Shown one piece after another: positions 13,615 to 26,339 of a DNA stretch of 64,000 nucleotides. The stretch is from Eledone cirrhosa (Eukaryota). The notes below the pieces were generated by a model. The model had not been told where the DNA came from. It saw only the letters and a list, made by a program, of their open reading frames with translations, and did no database searches. The DNA is taken from NCBI GenBank assembly GCA_964016885.1, contig OZ024747.1, positions 24,304,001-24,368,000 on the forward strand, given 5' to 3'. A program made the position numbers and the translations under genes. Position 1 is the first letter of the stretch; each line of letters opens with the position of its first letter.

Positions 13615-13919
13615 ATTTTGTCCTTGAGCAAGACACTTTATTTCACATTGCTCCAGTTTACTCAGCTGTATAAATGAGATGATAGGACTGGGGTCCCTAT
13701 CATTCCACTGCAAAGTGGTCGTGGAGGTGCCACGGCAAAAAAAGCACCCAGCCCACACTGTAAAGTGGACGTGTAGGCGCCACGGAAAAAAAGCACCCAG
13801 TATTCACTGTAAATGAGGTTGGTGTTAGGAAGGGCATCCAGCTGTAGAAATCAAGCCAGAATCAGTTCCCATCCCACCCTTGCAAGCAGGGAAAAGCGGA
13901 CGTAAAATGATGATGATGA

Positions 13920-13922
<3 letters not shown>
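13615..13922 (+). mobile_element. SINE family A, lacking the tRNA head
   Basis: Runs from ccttgagcaagacac to the (TGA)n tail; opposite orientation to the copy at 15782-16119. Confidence 0.88.
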
Positions 13923-13955
<33 letters not shown>

Positions 13956-15426
13956 GCAACAAAAATACCAACACATGAAATATATTTGTAGAGAGAATTC
14001 ATAAGCAACATGTTTGATAAACATATGTTCTAGTGTCAACTGTGAAAATATCATCTGTGAATAAATCCAGAATCTTTAGTGGCTTTAGAGAAGTAAAGAG
14101 GATAAATCTAACTAGTTTTTTTTCTCATTAAAGATTCATCAGGTATCACTTAACTGGCTTTCTATCTGGCCAAGGACTTTATAGAACAATAGATCTCCTT
14201 ATGACTAATGGAAACCAACTATTACTTGCCTGTAAAGACATTACAATAATGCTACAACTTTAACAACTGGGATTTAATAAGACACAATATGAAATTGCAG
14301 CCATTAACAACATTGTCTAAACTATTTCAGTTGATCCTCATTTACTGAAGTATCTGCTGTTTATCAATTTGCTCCACACTCACATTAAATACACTCTGTT
14401 TAGTTAACCTTTGCATGTGACTTTCATATAGATAAATAATCATCATCATCATTTTCCATGATGGCACGGGTTGGACTGGTTGTCACAGTCTAAAACTAGA
14501 CTGTGTCTAAAATCACATTTTGCTCCCGCATTCCATATTTGGCATGGTTACTATGGCAGGATGCCCTTTCTAACGTCAACCATTTTATAGAGTGTATTGA
14601 GTATATTTTATCATGCGTCTCTCTAAGCCCAGCTAAGAATATATTAATGAAAATTTAAAGTAATGCAGGAGGGTATAATCAAACCTAGGTACACATGTGC
14701 TTTACAAGAAACATCTTACATCTATTTTTCACCAAAGTGCTCAGTAAAAAATTAAAATGAATTAAATTATTTAAAGCTGTGACAAGATGTATGTGAAAAG
14801 TAGAACAAAAATTGAAATTGAAATATAAATTCTTTATGATATCTCTTCTGGTGCTTTATATTTTGGATTCAAATTCTGCCAAGGGATTCAAATGCCATCT
14901 ATAGCTGAGAGTAATTACTCAAACATGGGATCAAAACTGATTACGCACCTTCACAAAGATTATAGATGTCTGCTACTGCAATTGAACATTAATAATGGTG
15001 ACTTATATAACCTCAAACATATATATGTAATGATGATGAATGGCCTAGTGCTTAGGATGTTAGACTTGCAATCATAATGTTGTGGGTTTCTTTCCTGGAC
15101 CGGGCAACATGTTTTCTCGAACAAAACACTTCATTTCATGTTGCTTTTCATGGTAGGACTGGGTCCCCTATTAATAAAACACCCAAGAAAGCTCTTATGA
15201 ACTGGGCTGTATTTTTCCATGGTTGGGTCCCTTAGCTTCAGCCTAGTTAGCTTTATGAATAATATAGTCCTTCCTATGAGATACAACTTAGTAGGAGGCC
15301 AGCTAAACCTATATAGGAGGGAGTTATAACAACAACATACACGCAGACAAACAAATATATATACATACATATATATATATATATATAAAATAGGGGTTTA
15401 GATTGATATCCAGTGATTTCACTCTC

Positions 15427-15463
<37 letters not shown>

Positions 15464-15602
15464 GTATGGCCGTCGAATAAACACCACCTAGCATTTAGCC
15501 AGCCCCCTGTATCACGAAAAGAAAATCTTTTTCAGGGAAATTATTAGATTTTTCCAAATTTAAAGGTTTCTTAGGAACTTTCAATGTTTATTTTAGGTTT
15601 TG

Positions 15603-15660
15603 CCGTCTGAAGAGCTCAGGCTATCATAACTGATAGTTTTCAGTGAAATATGTATAACGG
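15603..15660 (+). ncRNA. Minimal type I hammerhead ribozyme-like motif with near-palindromic stem III
   Basis: CCGT-CTGAAGA-[gc..ctatca-taac-tgatag..gt]-GAAA-TATGTA-TA-ACGG; stem I CCGT/ACGG is perfect. Confidence 0.55.
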
Positions 15661-15732
15661 AGTTTTAAATAAACCTAAATCAACTGAATATGTATATGAT
15701 GGCTGCCCTCTCACATACATATATATATATAC

Positions 15733-15773
<41 letters not shown>

Positions 15774-15781
15774 CACACATA

Positions 15782-16119
15782 CATCATCATTCATCATCAT
15801 TTCATTTTACGTCCACTTTTCCCTGCTTGCAAGGGTGGGACGGGAACTGATTCTAGCTTGATTTCTACAGCTGGATGCCCTTCCTAACACCAACCTCATT
15901 TACAGTGAGTGCTGGGTGCTTTGTTGCCGTGGCACCTCTACGACCACTTTGCAGTGGAATGATAGTGACCCCAGTCCCTATCGTCTCATTTCTACAGCTG
16001 AGTAAACTGGAGCAATGTGAAATAAAGTATCTTGCTCAAGGAAACAACACACCACCTGGTCTGAGAATTGAACTCACAACCTTTCGATTGCAAGCCCAAT
16101 GCTCTAACCACTAAACCAT
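15782..16119 (-). mobile_element. SINE family A
   Basis: Near-identical to 3945-4282. Confidence 0.9.
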
Positions 16120-16341
16120 ACATATATATATTCACACAGACACATATATATATATATATAAATATATATATATACATACATAAACAATGTATATTTTTTG
16201 TTAATTAGTCTAGTTGTCATGGTTATTACTTAATTAGATCCATATTATATGTCAAAGGATTCATATGTCCAAAAATGCCTAATTTTACAGAAATGAAAAG
16301 AAAAAAAAGACAATAAGCTATAGAATAGTAAGTATACTCAC

Positions 16342-16387
16342 AAGATCGGTTGACGTCATAATTTGAAAACCGCCTTCTTAATCCTTG
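16342..16387 (-). CDS. PDE8: PDE8 micro-exon (46 nt; QGLRRRFSNYDVNRS)
   Basis: tttgttcttacag acceptor and gtgagt donor; GLRR..S.Y matches PDE8 DGLRRLSGNEY; phase 0 to 1 is required to join its neighbours. Not present in the ORF track. Confidence 0.88.
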
Positions 16388-16719
16388 CTGTAAGAACAAA
16401 GAGATATTTCTGTACCCATTACGTATTCAATAAATAGTAAAATTTTAGAGAGACACAGACAGACAACTTTTCACACATTAATTCTTAATATACTGTACTG
16501 CATGAAATTACATAGGCAAAGTATATTTGAAAAGTATAAAACAGCACTATAACTGTATCACATTCCAATACTATTCTTTATTCCAATACTACAAATTTTT
16601 ATAATAATCTGTCCACTAGTAAAGATATTATAAACATTTGAATTAACAACATTATTTTGTTAAATGTTAAACAATCCATTAGTAGATTTATTGTTATCTG
16701 ATGTTAGATCTCACTTAAA

Positions 16720-16941
16720 CCCTTTAGCATTTACATTACTCTATATATATTATTGTATTTTTGAGGTTAAGGCTTTATTTTACATAATTACCTCACATAA
16801 TACCGAATCTATGAGATTTCGATGTTATTTATTTTGAAAACAATACCTTAACATCAGTATAAAGAGCCGGTTACAGCTAGTTTGAACAGAAAAAAGTAAG
16901 AGAATTCCTGGTCGGATACAGGCGGGTTAAATGCTAAAGGG
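16720..16941. mobile_element. piggyBac-like MITE, opposite orientation, TAAA target duplication
   Basis: TAAA|CCCTTTAGCATTTA...AAATGCTAAAGGG|TAAA. Confidence 0.85.
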
Positions 16942-17399
16942 TAAACCCTCTTGAGTTCTTTTCAAGTGAAGGAAATAATTCATTGATTCTCACAAAAGAC
17001 ATCAACCTCATCTCTTTAACCCTTTTATCTTTACCTTTTCCTGACTATATTTCAAATGAAATACATTGTATTTCAAATAAAGAAGAATTTACTAAAATAA
17101 TTATTTCATTAAGATAGTAACTAAACAGGGTTAGGTCCAGCACCTGGATTATTTAGCATTTTAGGCTAGCTCTACAATGTGTGATTTTTTCTCCAAAATA
17201 AACTTAGATTTTGACACCTTCTGCTCTGACCACACTAAGAAAATTACTAAGTCTGCATTTTCCACTACACAGTCCACACTTAAACATGCTATATCATATG
17301 ACAAGTCATAACCTAATACAGCCTTCACCACTGCTTTGCATATTTCCACCACCAAACCAGCTCTACATCACCCCTATTGCATCACACCACAACATCCAC

Positions 17400-17910
17400 T
17401 ACCACTCCATCATCATCACAATTACCTCCATGACCATCATCATCACAATCACCCTCACAACTACCACCATCATTGCTTTCACAATCACCATCATCACCTC
17501 CACGACCATTAACAAAACCCCAATCACCATCATTTCCATGATAACCACCACCATCATCATCATCATCACCATTAACACTATTATCATCAACATTACAATA
17601 ACAATCATCACCATTACCATCATCCTCATTAATATCACAATCACCATCACTACCATCATAACCACGAGCATCACCATCATCACCACCATTAACACCATCA
17701 CCATCATCACCACCACCATCATCAACATCACAATCACCATAACTACCATCATCATCATCACCACCATTAACACCATCATCATCACCATCATCACCATCAT
17801 CATCATCAACATCACCACCACCATAACCACCATCATCATCATCATCACCATCACCACCACCATTAACACCATCATCACCACCATTAACATCATCATCACC
17901 ATCACCATCA
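17400..17910. repeat. Degenerate (CAT/CAC)n triplet tract
   Basis: Directly visible; abuts the donor of exon 17936-18103. Confidence 0.9.
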
Positions 17911-17935
17911 ATATATTGAAATAGAGATAACTCAC

Positions 17936-18103
17936 AGACAGTAACCCTCCAACTAATTCAGAACTCATGGGGTCATCTTTCATTGGTTGAGATAAATAGG
18001 GAGAATAGAGTTCACTACTTCTTAGAATTTCTAGAGCTCTGTCTAAAGCCTGGCCCACAGGGTTGGAACAGTTCTCCTGCACACTGCTGATGATACTGAT
18101 AGC
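17936..18103 (-). CDS. PDE8: PDE8 exon (168 nt; AISIISSVQENCSNPVGQALDRALEILRSSELYSPYLSQPMKDDPMSSELVGGLLS, PDE8-specific region)
   Basis: gatgtttcag acceptor and gtgagt donor; ALDRxLEILRxxELYSP and DxxxxxLVGGL motifs are characteristic of PDE8; phase 0 to 0. Confidence 0.96.
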
Positions 18104-18159
18104 CTGAAACATCAATAACAACAACATATTGATACAGTCTAATAGATTACAACAACAAA

Positions 18160-19140
18160 ATATCAATACATAGTGATACAATACAACAACAACAACAACA
18201 ACAACAAAATATCAATATATAGTGATACAATACAACAACAACAACAACAATATATCAATATATAGTGGTACAATACAACAACAACAACAATATATCAATA
18301 TATAGTGATACAATACAACAACAACAACAAAATATCAATATATAGTGATACAATACAACAACAACAACAACAACAAAATAATATATAATGATACAATACA
18401 ACAACAACAACAAAATATCAATATATAATGATACAATACAACAACAACAACAATATATCAATATATAGTGATACAATACAACAACAACAACAATATATCA
18501 ATATATAGTGATACAATACAACAACAACAACAATATATCAATATATAGTGATACAATACAACAACAACAACAATATATCAATATATAGTGATACAATACA
18601 ACAACAACAACAACAATATATCAATATATAGTGGTACAATACAACAACAACAACAATATATCAATATATAGTGATACAATACAACAACAACAACAATATA
18701 TCAATATATAGTGGTACAATACAACAACAACAACAACAATATATCAATATATAGTGATACAATACAACAACAACAACAATATATCAATATATAGTGGTAC
18801 AATACAACAACAACAACAATATATCAATATATAGTGATACAATACAACAACAACAACAACAATATATCAATATATAGTGATACAATACAACAACAACAAC
18901 AACAATATATCAATATATAGTGGTACAATACAACAACAACAAAATATCAATACATAGTGGTACAATACAACAACAACAACAACAATATATCAATATATAG
19001 TGATACAATACAACAACAACAACAACAATATATCAATATATAGTGATACAATACAACAACAACAACAACAATATATCAATACATAGTGGTACAATACAAC
19101 AACAACAACAATATATCAATACATAGTGATACAATAGAAA
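18160..19140. repeat. ~40-bp minisatellite with variable (CAA)n
   Basis: Unit atatatcaatatatagtgatacaata(caa)n. Confidence 0.95.
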
Positions 19141-19609
19141 AACAATATTGCTATATATTGATATAGTACAACAAAATATCAATACATATTGATAGATTAC
19201 AACAACAATATTATTGATACATGAGAGATACATATTGAAATATTACAACAACAACAATATTGATACATAGTGATACATGACAGCAACAATATTGATACAT
19301 ATTTATACATTACAACAACATATTGATACAACAACACTATTGATACATATTGAAACATTACAGCAACATATTAACACATAGTGAGATGTGGTGTAGTATA
19401 GTGTGGTGTAATGTAGTGAAACGTAGTGTAGTGTAGTGTGGTGAAATGTGGTGTAGTGTAATGTAATGTAGTGTGGCGAAATGTAGTGTAATGTGGTGTA
19501 ATGTGGTGTAATGTGGTGTAGTGTGGTGTAGTGTAGTGTAGTGTGATGTGGTGTAGTGTGGTGTAATGTAATGTGGTGTAGTGTGGTGTAGTGTAATGTG
19601 GTGTAATCT

Positions 19610-21350
19610 AATAGAGAGTAGTGTGGTGTAATGTAATATAGAGTAGTGTGGTGTAATGTAATATAGAGTAGTGTGGTGAAATGTAATATAGAGTAGTGTG
19701 GTGTAATGTAATATAGAGTAGTGTGGTTTAATGTAATATAGAGTAGTGTGGTGTAATGTAATATAGAGTAGTGTGGTGTAATGTAATATAGAGTAGTGTG
19801 GTGTAATGTAATAGAGAGTAGTGTGGTGTAATGTAATAGAGAGTAGTGTGGTGTAATGTAATATAGAGTAGTGTGGTGTAATGTAATAGAGAGTAGTGTG
19901 GTGTAATGTAATATAGAGTAGTGTGGTGTAATGTAATAGAGAGTAGTGTGGTGTAATGTAATATAGAGTAGTGTGGTGTAATGTAATAGAGAGTAGTGTG
20001 GTGTAATGTAATAGAGAGTAGTGTGGTGTAATGTAATATAGAGTAGTGTGGTGTAATGTAATAGAGAGTAGTGTGGTGTAATGTAATATAGAGTAGTGTG
20101 GTGTAATGTAATAGAGAGTAGTGTGGTGTAATGTAATAGAGAGTAGTGTGGTGTAATGTAATATAGAGTAGTGTGGTGTAATGTAATAGAGAGTAGTGTG
20201 GTGTAATGTAATATAGAGTAGTGTGGTGTAATGTAATAGAGAGTAGTGTGGTGTAATGTAATATAGAGTAGTGTGGTGTAATGTAATATAGAGTAGTGTG
20301 GTGTAATGTAATATAGAGTAGTGTGGTTTAATGTAATAGAGAGTAGTGTGGTGTAATGTAATATAGAGTAGTGTGGTGTAATGTAATATAGAGTAGTGTG
20401 GTGTAATGTAATATAGAGTAGTGTGGTGTAATGTAATAGAGAGTAGTGTGGTGTAATGTAATATAGAGTAGTGTGGTGTAATGTAATATAGAGTAGTGTG
20501 GTGTAATGTAATAGAGAGTAGTGTGGTGTAATGTAATAGAGAGTAGTGTGGTGTAATGTAATATAGAGTAGTGTGGTGTAATGTAATAGAGAGTAGTGTG
20601 GTGTAATGTAATATAGAGTAGTGTGGTGTAATGTAATAGAGAGTAGTGTGGTGTAATGTAATAGAGAGTAGTGTGGTGTAATGTAATATAGAGTAGTGTG
20701 GTGTAATGTAATAGAGAGTAGTGTGGTGTAATGTAATATAGAGCAGTGTGGTGTAATGTAATAGAGAGTAGTGTGGTGTAATGTAATATAGAGTAGTGTG
20801 GTGTAATGTAATATAGAGTAGTGTGGTGTAATGTAATATAGAGTAGTGTGGTGTAATGTAATATAGAGTAGTGTGGTGTAATGTAATAGAGAGTAGTGGG
20901 GTCTAATGTAATATAGAGTAGTGTGGTGTAATGTAATAGAGAGTAGTGGGGTGTAATGTAATATGGAGTAATGTGGTGTAATGTAATAGAGAGTAGTGTG
21001 GTGTAATGTAATAGAGAGTAGTGTGGCGTAATGTAATATAGAGTAGTGTGGTGTAATGTAATAGAGAGTAGTGTGGTGTAATGTAATATAGAGTAGTGTG
21101 GTGTAATGTAATATAGAGTAGTGTGGCGTAATGTAATATAGAGTAGTGTGGTGTAATGTAATATAGAGTAGTGTGGTGTAATGTAATATATAGTGTGGTG
21201 TAATGTAATATAGAGTAGTGTGGTGTAATGTAATATAGAGTAGTGTGGTGTAATGTAATATAGAGTAGTGTGGTGTAATGTAATAGAGAGTAGTGTGGTG
21301 TAATGTAATATAGAGTAGTGTGGTGTAATGTAATATATAGTGTGGTGTAG
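19610..21350. repeat. 25-bp minisatellite (~70 copies)
   Basis: Unit gagtagtgtggtgtaatgtaata(t/g)a; grades at its left edge into (gtgta/gtgtg) pentamers at 19385-19610. Confidence 0.97.
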
Positions 21351-22049
21351 TATGTTGTAAATATATAACCAGCTGGTACTGTATACAAATGTAAAATATC
21401 TCACTAACTTCTCTGAAACTAGGAATGTTAAACTATCTAAATGTAATTGTGTGTATGGATGGATGTGTGTATTATGAATGTGTGTATGTATGGAGGTGTT
21501 TGTAGATATGTGTGTATATGTGTGTGTGTGTGTATGTTTAGGAATGTGTATGTGTGAGTGGGTGAGTAAGAGAAAGAGAGAGAAATGGGGCAATATATAG
21601 GTAGTTAAATATATGGATGGATGGAAAGACAGATAGAGATAGGGAGATGGAGAGGAAAAGAAAAGGGGAAAGAGAGGCAGAGATAGCAAAAGTGAGAGAT
21701 TGAAATAGAGAGAAAGAAAGTGGGAGGATAGATAGATAGATAAATAGATAGATGGATAGATGGATAGATAGATAGACAGAGAAATAGACATCAAAGTGTG
21801 GGAGATAGATATCAATTAGATAGAAATAGATAGATATAAATAGAAGTAGGGAGATATAGATATAGTTATAGATAAATAGAGAGAGAGAGAGAAGAGGGGA
21901 GAGAGAGAGGGGGTGGAGATGGGGAGAGAGAGGGAGGGAGAGAGAGTGTGTGTGTGTGTGTGCTAGAAATAGACAGATAGATAGGAGAGAGAGATTGAGA
22001 GATATAGGTGTAGAAAAAAGCTGGGTAGATAGAGAGAGGGATAGATATA

Positions 22050-22430
22050 TTTCTTTATTAGCCACAAGGGCACACAAGAAAAGGGGACAATACAAAGACA
22101 TGCCGGGGATTTTACATACAGTCGTGTAAAAAATATAAAAACAAACAATTACAACAATCGAAATCCCCAATAGGGGGGAGGCGCCACAAATGGGTTGTTT
22201 AATACCCTGTTGATAGAACAACCCTCAACTCCAGGAGCGTGTTGTGCAAGTGCTCCTTTCTTCCTTTTGCTCTCTTCTTCAACCTACAGGCTTATAAACA
22301 GAGAAGGCCCAATCACTCGGGCCATTTTCATTCATTCACCCACCTTTCAGTAAATTTACTGGGGTGCAGTGCCTCTCTCTCCACTCTGATTCTCCTTCTA
22401 AAGTGATACTTAAAGAAGGGAATCAATTGG
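22050..22430 (-). mobile_element. L1/Tx1-like LINE 3' end
   Basis: Minus-strand peptide LIPFFKYHFRRRIRVEREALHPSKFTERWVN followed by a 3' UTR ending AATAAAG; flanked by GATA/GA repeats. Confidence 0.55.
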
Positions 22431-22889
22431 AGATAGATAGATAGATAGATAGATAGATAAAGAATGAGAGAACTGTTTAAGTGTAATTTATTTCCATTTC
22501 CATGTAATATGTTCAGTAAAGAAAGAGATGGTGAACGTAGGGGGGGGGGGGGGAGAAGGATGAGGAATGAGGAGAGGGAGAAGGATGAGGAATGGGGAGA
22601 GGGAGAAGAATTGAATAGCTTACTGAAGGAAGAAGAAGGAGGATGAGGTGGAGTGGCTGGTACAGAGAAGGAGACAAAGTGCCTGGGAGAGTGAGGTTGT
22701 TTTTATGTAACTAAATAAGCAATCCAAGAGAATTATTACAAAAGTGGTTTTGAAGCAAGGAAATTAATTTTGAGCAATATTTGATTGGATTAGAATAATA
22801 ACTACACACACACATATATATATCATATATATAATATAAACATATATATATATATATATATAATATACAATATATATATATATATAATT

Positions 22890-23200
22890 TTATGCGTGCT
22901 TTTCCATGCTTGCATGGGTTGGGCGGGTCCTTTACAGCACATCATCTCTCCACTCATTGTGATCCTTTGTCATCTCTACCATGAGCTTCAGCAATATGAG
23001 ATCAGCTCTTACGACTTCCGCCCAAGTCTTCCTTGATCTTCCTCTACTTCGGCTTCCTTCCAATGGGATTTCTTGGCAGTTCTTCACCCAACAATCATCA
23101 TCCATATACATCACAAATCCATACCAATGCAATCTTGTCTCTTGCACACAACATCTGATACCTCTTATACTCACTTTCTCTCTCAATTCATCCATCCTTT
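22890..23200 (-). mobile_element. RTE-clade LINE 3' end
   Basis: DELREKVSIRGIRCCVQETRLHWYGFVM..RGRSRKTW..EWR followed by the tail cccaacccatgcaagcatggaaaagc. Confidence 0.85.
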
Positions 23201-24184
23201 GATGTTCATGCAATATTTCACATCCATTAAAGCATGTTTTCTTCATTTCTCTCCAGCCTTTGCACATGCTCTGCAGTCACTACCCATGTTTCACTACCAT
23301 ACAGCATTGCCCATCACACACATACATCATACAGCTGACCTTTCATTCATAGGGAGAAACTGTTTGCTGTCAACAGAGCCTTCTCCAGTGGTCAATGCTA
23401 TTTCTGGGTGTTGGCTCCACATTGACATACAGCAGCAGCAAACTGTTTTTTTTTTTGCAGTTTTTACTATTAACTCTTTTTTACTGTTAGCTTCCATTCT
23501 AACAATTTCTTCAGCTTAGGCCAATTTGGCATCTTTTTTGTCCACTGATAGTGGTTAAAGTTTCTTTCGAGCACTTACAATGGCTGAAAAAGACTTTTTG
23601 TGTTGTTGTTTCTATCACTAGTGTTGTTTCTGTTACTGGTGTTGTTGTTGTAGTTTATAGCATTCATAATGTTATTATTTTCCTTAATATTTTTGTTTTT
23701 GTAGTAGTGGTAGTGTTAGAGGTGGTGGTGGTGTCAGTAGTATTATTTTCATTGTCACTTATTAAAAGTGTATTTTTGCCATTCAAAACAAAAGAATTTT
23801 CATTGGATTTGGTAGGGTTTTTTTTTATATTATCGTAAATGTCAACAACTTCTGTCAGTTATGGAAACTCTTTGTCGTTAAAGAACAGAAAGAGAGAGAG
23901 AGAGAGAGATGATGATGATAGAGCTGGTATTAATTCTCTTCCTCATGCTCCATGTTGTTCATTTGATGCCATTTTGAAATGACTCTCTGTTATGGAAATT
24001 TGTTTGAAATGGAAAATGAACTTTCTGGCCATGAGGCTAGAAAATTGTATTGCTTTTATTTTTTAAATATAAACAGAATACTTTGGTTCACTTATGATAT
24101 TTGGCAATTATATTGAAAAACAAACCGTCAGAGACAGATGACAAGTGAACCAAATGGACACATATCCAATACAAGTGCAATGGT

Positions 24185-24620
24185 TTCTGCTTTAGGCACA
24201 AGGCCAACAATTTTGGGGGAGGAGAAAGTTGATTAAATCAACCCCAGTGTGTTACTGGTACTTTATTTTATCGACCCTGTAAGGATGAAAGGCAAAGCTA
24301 ACCTCAGCAGGATTTGAATTCAGAACGTAAAGAGCTGTAACTCTATGCCACAAAGCATGGTGTTTGACAATCTACCGATACTGCCAATCTACCATAATAA
24401 TAATAATAATGTTTTCTTATATAGGCACAAGGCCAGCAATTTTGGGGGAGGGGAAAGTCGATTAAATCGACCCCAGCTGCATGACTGGTACTTTATTTTA
24501 TCGACCCCGTAAGGATGAAAGGCAAAGTTAACCTCGGCAGGATTTGAACTCGGAACGTAAAGGGCCATAACACTATGCTGCAAAGCATGGTGTCTGACGC
24601 TCTACCGATACTGTCAAACC
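24185..24620 (-). mobile_element. Two tandem family B SINEs
   Basis: Two copies of ggcacaaggcc..ctttattttatcgacccc/tgtaaggatgaaaggcaaag..ctaccgatactg separated by (TAA)n. A third copy lies at ~25085-25250. Confidence 0.88.
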
Positions 24621-24648
24621 AATAATAATAATAACAATAATAATAATG

Positions 24649-25057
24649 CTATGGGACTTTATAGTCCAATGTGACCACGAAATTGAACATTGCACACTAG
24701 ATATTGAGGTGATCAACAAAATTAACAATGTTTGAATTCTGGATGTGGCTTGACCCACTGACAATGAGGTTTGTAACAAAGAAATGAAGAAGGTTGAGAT
24801 ATGAACCATTAGCATGGGAGATAAAACATTTGTAGGCAATGAAAAAGGTTGAGGTGATTCCAGTTGTAGTAGGGGTGCTTGGTACTTTGAGCAGCAGAAT
24901 TGAAAGCTATTTTAAAAAAAATTGGTGCCATCAAGGTGGGGCCCTTGCAGAAAACAACTTTCCTTGGAACTACTAGGATACTTAGAAAAGTGCTTGACAA
25001 TTGAAGGTGCCACCTCAGGCCACTGGTTGTGGACAGCTGACACCAGCAACAAAAGGA
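24649..25057 (+). mobile_element. R4/Dong-like non-LTR retrotransposon 3' fragment (restriction-like endonuclease region), degenerate
   Basis: LWDFIVQCDHEIEH..DIEVINK...ILDVA*P.D..V..KE..K..LAWEIK.L..MKKVEVIPVVVGVLG..LQKTTFLGTTRILRKVL, with stops and a frameshift; flanked by (TAA)n. Confidence 0.8.
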
Positions 25058-25274
25058 CAACAATAATTATAATATTTCTACATTTGGTACAAGGCCAGCA
25101 ATTACTCCAGTGCATTACTGGTGTTTTATTTTATCGACCCCGTAAGGATGAAAAGCAAAGTTAACCTGGCGGGATTTGAACTCAGAACGTAAAGGGCCAT
25201 AACTCTATGTGGAAAGGCATGGTGTCTGACGCTCTACTGATACTGACAAACCAACAATAATAACAATAACTCAC

Positions 25275-25354
25275 TTTGTTGATGGGTGCTTCAACTAAAA
25301 CTGATTGCATTTTTGACAATGATTCTCGGTGTCGATTCAGACCATGTATAGCAC
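25275..25354 (-). CDS. PDE8: PDE8 exon (80 nt; AIHGLNRHRESLSKMQSVLVEAPINK, linker)
   Basis: ctcctctctcccctag acceptor and gtgagt donor; phase 1 to 0; ends in the conserved EAPI(T/N)K motif. Confidence 0.92.
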
Positions 25355-25399
25355 CTAGGGGAGAGAGGAGAAACATGTTATGGTTGAGTGAGAATATCA

Positions 25400-26255
25400 T
25401 GTAGAGTACTGCATTAGGGGAACAACATGTAAGGTAGTATATAAGGGGACAGGGAAGGGATATCATGTAGGGGATAGTGGAGTGAGGCAGTATGTAGGGT
25501 GCTGTATTAGGGGACAGTGGGGAAGATAGCATGTAGGGTACTGCATTAGGAGACAGTGGGGAAGACAGCATGAAGGGTACTGTATTAGGGGACAGTGGGG
25601 AAGACAGTAGTAGGGTACTGTATTAGGGGACAGTGGAGAAGGGCAGTATGTAGGGTACTGTATTAGGGGCCAGTGGGGAAGACAGTATGTAGGGTACTGC
25701 ATTAAAGGACAGTGAAGGAAGGCAGTATGTAGGGTACTGCATTAGGGGACAGTGGGGAAGACAGCATGTAGGGTACTGTATTAGGGGACAGTGGGGAAGA
25801 CAGCATGTGGGGTACTGTATTAGGGGACAGTGGGGAAGACAGCATGTAGGGTACTGTATTAGGGAATGGGGGAGGGCAGTATGTAGGGTACTGTATTAGG
25901 GGACAGTGGGGAAGACAATATGTAGGGTACTGTATTAGGGAACGGAGGAGGGCAGTATGTAGGGAACTGTATTAGGGAATAGAGGAGGGCAGTACGTAGG
26001 GAACTGTATTAGGGAACGGGGGAGGGCAGTATGTAGGGAACTGTATTAGGGAACGGGGGAGGGCAATATGTAGGGAACTGTATTAGGGAACAGGGGAGGG
26101 CAGTATGTAGAGAACTGTATTAGGGAATGGGGGAGGGCAGTATGTAGGGAACTGTATTAGGGGACAGTGGAAAAGACAATATGTAGGGTACTGTATTAGG
26201 GAACGGCAGTATGTAGGGTACTGTATTAGGGGACAGTATGCATTAAAGGACAGTG
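25400..26255. repeat. ~33-39-bp G-rich minisatellite next to the exon acceptor
   Basis: Units ggggacagtggggaagacagcatgtagggtactgtatta and a shorter gggaacgggggagggcagtatgtagggaactgtatta variant. Confidence 0.93.
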
Positions 26256-26339
26256 GTGAGAATATACCAATCACTCAGATCATAAGTATAATTTTTCATT
26301 GGCTTGCTACTTACACTTAACATCATTGTCTGACTATTA

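Noticed and set aside
20328-21815. 495-aa HYTTL-repeat ORF
   Set aside because: It is a by-product of the 25-bp satellite and GA/GATA tracts.
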